DNA of 64,000 bases, from the NCBI RefSeq assembly GCF_963921235.1, contig NC_086108.1, positions 48,548,001-48,612,000 on the forward strand, read 5' to 3'. The stretch's first letter is position 1. Each line of letters opens with the position of its first letter. The notes below the pieces were generated by a model. That model had not been told where the DNA came from. It was given only the letters and a program-made list of their open reading frames with translations, and did no database searches. Below are positions 13,970 through 25,235 of the stretch, in pieces. Origin of the DNA: Mobula hypostoma. Lineage: Eukaryota. Position numbers and translations under genes: made by a program.

Positions 13970-14371
13970 AATAAACTACGACATATAGTTTTTATTCACC
14001 CAAATAAAAAGGAGTCAAATCAACCGGAAGCACAGATTTGAAATCTGCCATTGTCTAATACAGTTGTGAAAATGGTGCTACGTTTTGGCAGTATGCAAGC
14101 TGAAAGTTGCAAGCAGCAGGCTACGCTTTACTAAGCTGTTTGAACAAGGGAGACAAATGGTCATTCTCAGCAGTGGAATGATTAACAAAGTTCTGATCAA
14201 ATGACCACCTGCCATTTAAAGTCATTACACTGTATAAGAAAGCGACAAGTTCTGGGAGTCAAATATCAAGATGTATTCTATTTTTATGAAATGTATATAT
14301 GAACAATTCTGTGTATTTTATATGCATTTACCTATGGATCATTTATTTTTTACCCACAAAGGCTGAAGTGT

Positions 14372-14377
14372 AATAAA
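14372..14377 (+). promoter_or_regulatory. Candidate HMCN1 polyadenylation signal (AATAAA); others at 13970 and about 14003
   Basis: AATAAA in the AU-rich 3' UTR ~400 nt after the stop. Which signal is used cannot be determined from sequence. Confidence 0.35.
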
Positions 14378-14734
14378 TGATCACACCTTTCTAACTTCTT
14401 GTGAGCACTCCATTTATTTACCCTTATTAAATGTTGCAGTCAAAGATCACTAAACTATTGATTGGGTTATTATACTTTAACCATCCAAAACCTGACTGGG
14501 GATAAAAACATTATCCACGCATTGTACACAGTGGTGCTAGAAAGTCTGAAAACCCTGCAGAATTTCCTATTTTCTGCACAAATATGACCTAAACTGTGAT
14601 CAGATCTTCCTGCAAGTGCTAAATAATTGTCGTTGATGTTTGCGAAGAAAAAATTTCCAGATGTATATTGTATACATTTCTCTGACATTAAATGTACCTA
14701 TTGAAACCTATAGTTATGCCACCATCACCACCAC

Positions 14735-15125
14735 CAAATCAGTGGATGTTGTGTACTTGCATATTCAGAAGGCCTTTAATAAGGTGCCACACATGAGGTT
14801 GCTTAACAAGTTAACAGCCCCTGACATTTCAGGAAAGGTACTCACCTGGATTGGCAGGAGGCAAAGATTGGGAAAAAACGGGGAGTCTTTACTGGCTGGC
14901 TGCCAGTGACTAGTGGTGTTCCACTAGGGCCTGTACTGGGACCACTTGTTATTACTTTATGTGTAAATGAGTTGGATGACAGAACTGATGGCAAGTCTGC
15001 GGATGATACGAAGATAGGCGGAGAGGCAGGTAGTGTTGAGGATGCATAGAGGTTACAGAAGGACTTAAACAGATTAGGAGAATGGGCAAAGAAGTGGCAG
15101 ATGGAATACATTGTCAGGAAGTGTC
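14735..15125 (+). mobile_element. CR1 RT fragment
   Basis: SVDVVYLHIQKAFNKVPHMRLL, followed by decayed GVP.GPVLGP and ADDTKIG motifs. Confidence 0.85.
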
Positions 15126-16224
15126 CTCAGAACTCTCAATCTACCTATCTTTTAAAGAAAAATCTGTCTACCTCCACTTTAAATACTTCTAATGAGTTAG
15201 CCTTCATAAATCTCAAGATAATGAATTCCAAAGGTTCACTCTCTGCTAAAAAGAAATTCCTGTATCTCTCATTCTTAAATAATTGTCCACTACCTTAAGA
15301 CAGTCTCACTTGTGAAAACATCTTGCCATCTAATCTGTAATGCCCCTTGGGCTCTTGTTTTGTTTCAAAATGTTCATCTTTCATTCAGAAGAAAACAGAC
15401 TGAACCTGTTTAGCCACTCTTAATAGGACAACATGCAAGTACGTCACAGCTACTGACAGCTTATTAAAATCCTATTAATAACAAGGGAATTATGCCCAGT
15501 GTTGCAAGATTCAAACACACTCACCATTATCTGAGAAGAGGAGAGAGAAAGCAGGGAAATTTCTGGAATATATTATTAAGTCTCTAGAAAGGAAAATGAT
15601 AACAGGACTGGAAAGAGTCAATGTGGATATTTGAAAGGCAATCATGTTTGACAAACCTTTTGTTTTTTTTTGCAATTATACTTAGTAGAGTATACAAAGG
15701 GACACCAATTGATACTGTGTTTGAACATCAGGCCTTTAACAACTTGCTGTAAAAGGAATTAGTACATTAACTTATAGTGCATAGTATTGGGTTATATGTT
15801 GGTATGGATTGAGGATACATTAATTAATAGAAAATAAAAGTAGGAATAAATGGATCATTTTTCCAAAGTAACACACACAAAATGCTGGGTGAACTCAGCA
15901 GGGCAAACAGCTTCTATGGAAAGGAGTGAGCAGGAAACGTTTGGGCTGAGAACATTCATCAGAACATGCAGTGTCACTGATGCTGATCCCCAGCTGTTGA
16001 CAATCTATATCACTGATGTGAATGAGGGGATTCAGTTAATATAGCAGGTTTGCTGATGACACAAAAGAAGATAACAGTTCAGGCTGTCAGGAGAATGCAG
16101 AGATTTGGGGGCATATGGATTGATTTATTGAATGGGCAAAAATATAGAACAAATGATGTTATGTGAAAAATGTAAGTAAACATTTTAACTGCTTTGATGT
16201 CTCAGAAACTTCTGTCAATGTATA

Positions 16225-16855
16225 AATATCATGTCAACAAGACAAAGGAGATGATTGTCAGCGTCAGGAGAACTCACAGCACTCACACCCCGTTTACAAT
16301 GGCAGCATAGCTCCTGGGAGTGCACATCACACACAATCTCTCATGGTCCCAGAATACATGGAAAACAGTCAAGAAAGCTCCCCAGCATCTCTACCTTCTG
16401 AGGAGGATGAAGAGAGCTGGACTTTGCATATCCATACTTGCATCCTTCTATAGGTGCGCAACAGAGAGCATCCCAACAAGCTGTATCACTGCTTGGTACA
16501 AAAACTGCACGGTGGCAGACAGGAAGGCTCTATAGTGGGTAGATAAAACAGCCCAACACTTCGTCGGCTCCAGCCTGCCCACCATCAAGGACATGTACAC
16601 AGAAAGGCACTGGAAAAGGGACAGTATCATCCTGAGAGATCCCATACACACCGTTCATGAACTGTTTGTCCCACTCCCATCAGGGAGGAGGCTACCTAGC
16701 ATTCACACCAGAACCACCAGACTCAAAAACAGTTACTTTCCCCAGGTAGTACGACTTAACAACACCTCCACCACCACTTTATTATTTCCCATCAGTCACC
16801 TTACATAGAGCCTAGTGTCACTTTATGGGCGCACAATCAGTGCATATAAGCTATC
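16225..16855 (+). mobile_element. Rex1/Babar (L2/CR1-group) LINE 3' fragment
   Basis: KKAPQHLYLLRRM..ILASFYRCATESIPTSCITAWY and LFVPLPSGRR..TTRLKNSYFP. Confidence 0.8.
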
Positions 16856-16869
16856 TTAATCTACTTCCA

Positions 16870-17350
16870 CCGCAAAAGAGTCTGCAGATACTGAAAGTCT
16901 TGAGTAGCACAGACAAATGCTGGACAAACGCAGCAAGACAGGCAGCATCAACACGTGAATAAACAGTGGGTGTTTCGGGCCAAGCCCCCTCATCAGACCC
17001 GGAAAGAAAAGGGGCAGAAGCCACAATAAACAGGTAGAGAGAGGACGGGAATACACCTGGCAGGTGATATGTGAGACCAGGCGCGGGGAAGCTGGGTACA
17101 GCCTCATCGTGGCAGTAGAGGTGGTCATGGACTGTTATGTCAGAATGGGAATGGGAAGCTGAATTGAAATGGGACGATACTAGGAGATTGTGTCTTTTGC
17201 AGCGGCTGGAGTAATGGTGCTCAATGAAGCGGTCCCCCACCTACATCAGGACTCAGCAATGTAGAATGGGAGCACTAGTTACAATAGGTGACACTGAGAG
17301 ACAGGCAGGTAAAGTGTCGCCTATTTGAGGCCCTGAATGTGGTGAGGGAG
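16870..17350 (-). mobile_element. Penelope-like element fragment (GIY-YIG C-terminus plus terminal repeat with hammerhead-like core)
   Basis: GDRFIEH..VSSHFNSASHSHSDITVH; minus strand CTGATGAGGGGGCTTGGCCCGAAAC. Confidence 0.75.
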
Positions 17351-17354
17351 GAGG

Positions 17355-20300
17355 TGGAGATGGGATTTGTAGAATGCCTAAGACACTTTTAGAGCCGCTT
17401 GTGGTTGAGCCCACTGGGGGAAAAGCAATTCTGGATTGGGAACTATGTAATGAACCAGATTTGATTAGGGAGCTTAAGATTTAGGAGACCTTAGGAAGCA
17501 GTAGTCATAACATGAAGGACTTCTGGTTTAAGAAGATGCTACTGAACTTGGGCACAACTTACTGGTGCTTCTCACAGTAAGGAATTCGACTGAATACTCT
17601 GTTAATAACACTTTTATATATAAAATTGTGGTAAATTATCACTGCACACAATGAAGAGGGAAGCGAAGGCAAGGCTGATCCATGGGTCAAGGTGTGTAGG
17701 AGCGAGACAGGAGTGAGCTTGATGCACGTTCCAGGGGAAGATGGAGTTGGAGCAGGAAAAGGGAAAAGCTGAAGCAGAGCTGCTTTGGAGCCTGTTCACC
17801 CAAACCAGAAGTGAGGTTTGATCCATCTACGCACCGCGCCAATTTGGAAATTCCAGTATGAGCCGGAAGCAGCCCACAGTGTATTACTGCAGCAGAGTCC
17901 GGACCCGAGTTCTGGGGGCAACCCGGTCCTTGGACAATTTAAACACCGGGCCAGATGGACTGAAATAACAAGGTGACAGGAACAGAGGCAAGCATCAAGC
18001 CGGTTCTGCTCCACAATGTTTTACTTTGGTGCTGAGGCTGTGTTGTGCCCAGGTTGCTCAGGGCTTAGTGTCTGTAAGGCTTCATGGCAATTTGACTGAG
18101 ACCAAGACTATGGATCTACTCCAGCTTCGGATTTATGGACTCAATTTCGTTCTGAGTGTTGATGCTTGTTTTATTGTTCGCATGATTTAATTTGTTTTGT
18201 TTTTTTTCCTCTCTGCACATTGGGTGTTTGTCTTTTTAAGTTAGGTTCTTTTGGGCTTCTTGTTTTATGGCTGCCTGTAAGCAGATGAATCTCAAGGTTG
18301 TATAATTTATACATACTTTGCTATCAAAATGTACTTCGTACTTTGAATTCACCCTGCAGTTTGAGAGGGAGAAGGTAATGTCAGGTGTATCAGAATTGCA
18401 GTGGAGTAAAGGGAATTACAGAGGTATGAAAGAGAATCTGATCAAAGTTGATTGAAACGGGACAATAGCAGGGATGATGGCAAAAACTGCAATGTCTGGA
18501 ATTTCTGGGGGCAATTTGGAAAGCGTAGGATAGAAACATCCCAAAGAGGAAATGTTCTAAAGAGAGAATGTGGCGACCGTACCGAAGATAAGTCAAAGGC
18601 AACATAAAAGGAAACAAGAGGGTATATAATATAGCAAAAATTAGTGGGAAGGTAGAGTATTGGGAAACATTTAAAAACCAACAGAAGCATCTAAAAAAGC
18701 CATAAGGAACAAAAAGATGAAATACAAGGATAAGCTAGCCAATAATATAAAAGAGGATTCCAAATTTTTTTTTCAGATATATAAAATGTAAAAGAGGGGC
18801 AAAAGTCGGACAACTGGAAAATTATTCTGGAGTATTTTCCATCAGTCTTCTTGTGGAAGACACTAGTGGTATGCCAGAAATTTGAAAATGTCAGGGGCAA
18901 AAGTTGCCATTATTATGGAGAAGGTGTTTGGCAAGCTGAAAAGTCTGAAAGTAGGTAAGTCAGCTGGATCAGATGGTATACACCATAGGGTGCTGAAAGA
19001 GGAAGATGAAAAGATTGTGGATGCATTAGAAGTGATCTTTCAAGAATCACTCGATTCTGGGATGACTCTGGAGGACTGGAAAATTTTGAATGTCACCCCG
19101 CTCTTTACAAAGTGTGTGGGGCAGAAGAATGGAAATTATAGGCTAGTTAGCCTGACTTCAGTGGTTGGAGTCCATTATTAAGGATGAGGTTTCAGAGGAC
19201 TTGTAGGCACGTGATAAAATGTGCCAAAGTCAGCATGGTTTCCCTAAGGAAAAATCTTGCTTGACAAATCCGTTGGAATTTTTTTTCCACCATGCAAGAA
19301 TGGATAGGTGGGCAGCCCAGTAATACATTTTAACGTTCGGTAGGGCAAAATCACCCGCTTCCTTGGGCTTTGACAAGTGTTTTTTTTAGTAATTCTAATG
19401 GCTTTATAATTCCAAATGAAGGGTATAACAATTGAATCCAATTGCTTAATATATGACAGAGGAGTAAAACATGGAATTGACTGGAAAAGATGAAGAAATC
19501 GTGGCAGTACAATCACCTTGATTGTGTTAACCCTCCCCACCAAAGAACTTGGAAGGGTTTTCCAAAAGTCAATATTGTGTTTAACTTGCTCAGCTTTGTT
19601 TCGCCAATTCACTTGCAAAAGGTCATCTGGGTTTTATGTAATAGTCACACCAAGATAAGAAAAAATATCATAAGTTATTTTAAAGGGAATGAACTGTAAA
19701 TACGTTGTATTAACCACTGCAGTGACTGGCATTAGTTCACTCTTATTCCAATTAATAGAGAAACCTGAGAAACTACCAAAATTAGTAATTAGAGTCAGAA
19801 GGGTGGCTATTAATGTTTGTGGTCTGGAGATATATAAAAGGACATCGTCAGCATATAATGAAAAAAGACTCACCCTCTACCTCAGACTCGTGCCCATCAT
19901 GGTTACTCATAGAGCGAGTGCTTTGTAAGAAGACTTCCTTACCAGTTGTCCTTAATAGCCCCACTGCAGTTAATAAGTCACATTTTAGAAACAGCTTCAT
20001 GGTTGGCAGCACTATAAGAATTTGGAAGCAGAATTAACTACACATTAAGGGCCCAAAAACTTATATTGACACTCCGATTTGTGACAATCATTCCTTTTTG
20101 CCTGGCCTGAATGATATTGTTTTTTCTACCTGGAAACAGAGAGGCATCTGTAGTGTAGGTGACCTATATATTAATGGAAACTTTGCCTCATTTGCACAGT
20201 TACAAGCAGTTTGCAATATCCCCGCATCTAGTTTTTTTAGAAATTTACAAATTCGAGATTATGTTAGGAAATATATACCTAACTTCGAAGTTTTAGACAA

Positions 20301-21685
20301 ACATGAGACCCTGGAGGCAATAAATAAATTTGATCCTGTTACTCGTATTTTTATCAGACCCTACATAATGGAGCTCGGGTGAATACTGCAGGTTTTAAAC
20401 AGGCATGGGTGGATGAACTGGGTATAGAACTGACGGAGGAGGTCTGGGACGAGTGTTTAAAGAGTATACATGATTGTTCGGTCAACATCAGACACAGACT
20501 TATACAGTTTAAAACAATACGTAGACTCCATTATTTCAAAGAAAAGTTGCAGAGTTTCTACCCTGATGTTTCACCAGTTTGTCATAGATATAAATCTGTG
20601 AACAGTAACAATAATAGTAATTTGTCACATTCATTCTGGTCATGTTGTAAGCTTTATGCATACTGGAAAAATATTTTTCACTGTTTCTCTGAGGCTTTTG
20701 GGAAGCGGTGGGAACCAGACCCGCTCATAGCCATCCTTGGAGCAACAAGCTCCCCATCTTCAGCCAATATGTATGAAGAAATGGCTGTATTGTTTGGAAT
20801 GATGATTGCTAAGAAGTTAATCCTGCAAATGTGGAAAATGGACTCTGTGCCTATGTACGATCTGTGACTGAGAGAACTGGCAAATACTTTACATTTGGAG
20901 AGACTGAGACTATGTAATGAGGACAGAGGGGACATCTTTGAAAGGATATGGGGTCCTGTATTGGACTTTCTTACGGGGTGAGGACTGAGGTTTTTTGGTG
21001 CAGTGCCCTTCTGCTATGTATGTTTACTTTTAACTTTATATTTTTCTCCCTTTTGCTGCTCAATATTTAATTTGATCTTGTTAAGGTCGTGGTTTTTGTG
21101 GATGTGCTGTATTTTTTTGAGGAATTAATGGGCAGGATAGGCTGAGGAGAAAATGAGAAGCAGGTAATCTGCAGGATTTAGTCAGATTGGGAGAATAGGC
21201 AAAGTGGCAGATGGAATATAGAGTAGGGAAGTGTATGGTCATGCTTTTTGGTAGAAGGAAGAAAGGTGTAGACTTATTTTCTAAACAGGTAAAAAAAATC
21301 CAAAAATCAGAGGTGCAAAGGAACTTGTGAGTCCTTTGCAAGATTCCCTAAAGATTAACTTGCAGGTTGAGTCAGTGGTGAGGAAGGCAAATGAAATGTT
21401 AGCATTTATGTCAAGAGGACTAGTGTGTAAAAGCAAGGATGGAATGTTAAGGCTTTATGAGGCATTGGTCAGACCACACAGAGTATTGTAAGCAGTTTTG
21501 TGCCCCTAATATAAGAAAGAAAATATTGGCCTTGGAGAGGGTGCAAAGGAGTTTCATGAGATTGATTCCAGGAACGAAAGGGTTAACATACAAGGAGCAT
21601 GTGATTGCTTGGGACTCTACTTGCAGGAGTTTGGCAGAATCGGTGGGGCGGGATTCTTATTGAACCAATCAAATATTGAAAGGCC
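17355..21685 (+). mobile_element. Old CR1 LINE body, interrupted by an ~830-bp insert (about 17516-18342) and by an inverted L1 (about 19283-21110)
   Basis: The endonuclease motif SHNM|IEF is split at 17515/18343. KSAGSDGIHHRVLKE..NYRLVSLTSVV is present. LEFF|EE is split at about 19283/21112. LERVQRSFMRLIPG follows. Confidence 0.8.
19283..21110. mobile_element. 5'-inverted L1-clade LINE fragment (minus segment about 19283-19875, plus segment about 19885-21110)
   Basis: Minus: SLYADDVLLYIS..FSGFSINWNKSE..LVGRVNTIKVIVLPRFLHLFQSIP. Plus: IRIWKQ..RHRLIQFK..SPVCHRY..HSFWSC (zf-RVT region). Confidence 0.85.
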
Positions 21686-21689
21686 TTGT

Positions 21690-22103
21690 TCCACCTTAAT
21701 GGCATCTTTTCTATAACAGGGTAACCAAAACTGAGTAGAATATTCCAAATGAAATCTTACCAACACCTTGTACAAATGAAATGTAACATCCCAGCTTCTA
21801 TACTCATCGCCCTTACTAATAAAGGCCAGCACACCAAAGGCCTTCTTTATCACACAGTATACTTTCAGGGAACCATATACTGGTACTTCTAGATTCCTCT
21901 GCTACAACACTCCCCAGGGCCCTATCACACTCTGTGAAAGTCCCATCTTCATTTGTCTTCCCAAAATGGAACAACTCACATTTATCCATTTGCCATGCCT
22001 TGGCTCACTTATCCAGCAGATCAAGATCCCTCTATAAATCCTGATGACAATCTTCATTCTCAATGACTCGCCTATTTTGGTGCCATCTGTAAACTTATTA
22101 GCT
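21690..22103 (-). mobile_element. Old CR1 RT fragment, left part (continues at 35891-36290 beyond the Gypsy insertion)
   Basis: Minus: NKFTDGTKIG and LYKVLVRFHLEYSTQFW. The upstream IPQGSVL..NDL motif is found at 35895-35960. Confidence 0.8.
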
Positions 22104-22388
22104 TGTGGCGACCCACTTTCTGGCACCCACGAACCGGCTCACAACAACGCGTGCAGGCAGAGGGCCGGCAGCAAAAAGGGCGCCAGGCCATCTTCATCAG
22201 CAGGGGGAAAATCCCGCGCGCAGAAAGGGTCTGGGAATATGCATTCCCCACAGTAGTCCCGCCCAGGGAGGGCGGGAATGGGAAGGCTTTAAAGCGGGCC
22301 GCGAAGTTTGAATAAACCTCTTTCATCGCAACTCTAACTCACCGACTCCGTGTGGTTATTCTAGCGCTGTGTGTAGCACATCGCTACA
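22104..22388 (+). repeat. Gypsy 5' LTR (285 bp)
   Basis: TGTGGCGA...TCGCTACA; about 12-13 differences from the 3' LTR counted by eye; TTTAAA and AATAAA motifs. Confidence 0.97.
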
Positions 22389-22390
22389 AT

Positions 22391-22404
22391 TGGTGACCCC
22401 GACG
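22391..22404 (+). promoter_or_regulatory. Primer-binding site complementary to the tRNA-Trp 3' end
   Basis: TGGTGACCCCGACG lies 2 nt after the LTR and matches the first 14 nt of the tRNA-Trp PBS known from avian retroviruses. Confidence 0.9.
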
Positions 22405-22428
22405 GCCCAAACGATATTTGGACCAGAG

Positions 22429-25017
22429 ATGACCGACACTGCATCTGTTCATGCAGTTTTGTTAAAACTGCCAAGCTTCTGGACGCTGCGACCCCATTTA
22501 TGGTTCGAACAAGCAGAAGCACAATTCCACATTCGGCAGATAACCTCGGATTCCACTCATTACTACTACGTGGTGAGCTCCCTCGACCAGGAGACAGCTG
22601 CACAAGTTGAGGAGTTTATACAGTCGCCCCGGGAGGACGGCAAATACACAGCATTCAAAGCCGTGCTCATAAGGACTTTTGAACTTTCACGGCGCGAGCA
22701 AGCTGCCCGCTTACTGCACTTGGATGGTTTGGGAGACAAGCCGCCGTCAGCATTAATGAACGAAATGCTGGCCCTGGCTGAAGGACACAAACCCTGCCTT
22801 ATGTTTGAGCAGGCGTTCCTAGAGCAACTGCCCGAGGACATATGCCTGCTGCTGTCCGACGCAGATTTCAGCAACCCCCGGAAGGTGGTCGCCTGGGCAG
22901 ATGTGCTATGGAATGCCAAGAAGGAGTGGGGCACCCGTCGCACAGATCACCAAGCCGCATGCCCAACGACAGACCAGACCAGGCCCGGTAGCAGAGCCTA
23001 CATAACCCGGCAATGGGAGTGAGGAGCCCAACGAACAATGGTGTTTCTACCACCAGTGGTGGGGCATGGAGGCCTGCCGCTGCAGACCGCCCTGCAAATT
23101 CCCGGGAAACGCCAGGGCCAGCCGCCGCTGATGGCTACGGTGGGTGGCCATCAGGACAGCCTCCTGTATGTCTGGGACAAGCAGTTGGGACGCCGCATTT
23201 TGGTCGACACCGGAGCGGAGATCAGCGTTTTACCTCCAACAAGTTACGACACCCGGAACAGAGAACCGGGACCCACCCTGAGGGCCGCTAATGGCAGCAC
23301 AATACGAACCTACGGCACCCGCACTACGGCTACAGTTCAGCTCCAGCCGGTTCACGTGGGACTTCACACTGGCCGCCGTGGCCCAAACATTGCTGGGGGC
23401 AGATTTTCTACGAGCCCACAGCCTGCTGGTCGACTTGCAAGGGAAGCGATTAGTCCACGCCAAGACTTTTCAAACGTTCTCCCTGGGTGAAGCACAGTTG
23501 CCAGCCCCACACCTGGACTCCATCACGCTGTCCGACGATGAATTCACCAGGGTCCTGGCGGATTTCCCATCAGTACAGACACGGAGTACAGCACCACATC
23601 CCGACCCAGGGACCACCCCTCCACGCCCGTGCTCGAAGGCTACCCCCGGACAAGCTCCGACTGGAGAAGGAGGAGTTCAAGAAGATGGAGGAATTAGGGA
23701 TCATACGACGGTCCGACAGCCCATGGGCCTCCCCCCTTCACATGGTGCCCAAGGCAACGGGGGGGGCTGGAGACCATGCGGTGACTACCACAGACTGAAC
23801 AAGGCTACAACGCCAGACCGCTACCCTGTGCCGCACATTCAAGACTTCGCAGCAAACCTACACGGCGCAAGGATCTTTTCCAAGGTAGACCTCGTCCGGG
23901 GATACCATCAAATCCATGTACATCCGGACGACATCCCCAAAACAGCACTATCACCCCGTTCAGACTTTTCGAATTCCTCCGAATGCTGTTTGGTCTAAAG
24001 AACGCCGCACAGACTTTCCAGCGGCTAATGGACGCGGTGGGACGCGACCTGGACTTTGCATTCATCTATTTGGATGACATCCTCATAGCCAGCAGTAGTC
24101 GTCAGGAGCATCTGTCCCACCTCCGCCAGCTCTACTCCCGCCTGAGTGAATTCGGCCTTACAATCAATCCAGCCAAATGCCAGTTCGGACTCGACACCAT
24201 CGACTTCCTGGGCCACAGGATTACTAAAGACGGGGCAACCCCGCGGCCCGCCAAGGTAGACGCGGTCCGCCACTTCCCCCGACCCAACACAATCAAAGGC
24301 TTGCAGGAATTCGTGGGTATGGTGAACTTTTACCACCGTTTCCTCCCCTCAGCAGCCCAAACCATGCGCCCCCTGTTCACCCTGATGTCAGGTAAGGGCA
24401 AGGACATTACCTGGGACGAAGAGGCCGCAACCACTTTCGTTAAAACCAAAGAAGCCTTGGCAAACGCCGCGATGCTAGTGCACCCCAGAACGGACGTTCC
24501 TACTGCCCTCACGGTGGACGCATCCAACACAGCGGTCGGTGGAGTGCTGGAACAACTCATCGAGGGTCGCTGGCAACCCCTGGCGTTCTTCAGCAAACAC
24601 CTACGACCACCCGAACTCAAATACAGTGCTTTCCACCGGGAGCTATTGGCACTATACCTGGCAATCCGGCATTTCAGGTACTTCTTAGAAGGTAGGCCCT
24701 TCACCGCGTTCACAGACCACAAACCGCTTACCTTTGCGTTCACTAAGGTGTCCGACCCCTGGTCGTCCCGCCAGCAGCGACATCTGTCCTACATCTCCGA
24801 GTACACGACGGACATCCGGCATGTCTCTGGAAAGAACAACGTAGTGGCGGACGCACTTTCCAGACCTACCATACAGGCCCTGTCCCAGGGGGTGGACTAT
24901 GCAGCGCTGGCAGAGACACAGCAGGCAGACGCTGAGATCCCCAGTTACAGGACTGCAGTCTCCGGTTTACAGCTTCAAGACCTCCCCGTAGGCCCAGGTG
25001 AGAGAACCCTACTATGT
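22429..25017 (+). pseudogene. Gypsy gag-pol 5' part (gag, aspartic protease, RT, RNase H) with several frameshifts
   Basis: gag KLPSFW..WFEQAEAQF; protease LVDTGAEIS; RT SPWASPLHMVPK, FSKVDLVRGYHQI, FIYLDDIL; RNase H TVDASN, TDHKPL, NVVADALSR. Split across frames. Confidence 0.95.
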
Positions 25018-25235
25018 TTTTTTTTATATAATTTTTATTGAATTTTCAAAAAGAATACATGAAAAGATAAAATCTACCCACCCCCCCATATATGTAGTCT
25101 ACCTAAAAGAAAGAAGAGAAAAAAAAAGAGCCGCCTGGGTATTGGAAGGTTTCCACATGCTCCATGGGATTCAAAATAAATTTGGTATAATTATTCGTTA
25201 TTTTCCCCAAGTAACCAAATTCTTTGTCGGAGCAC

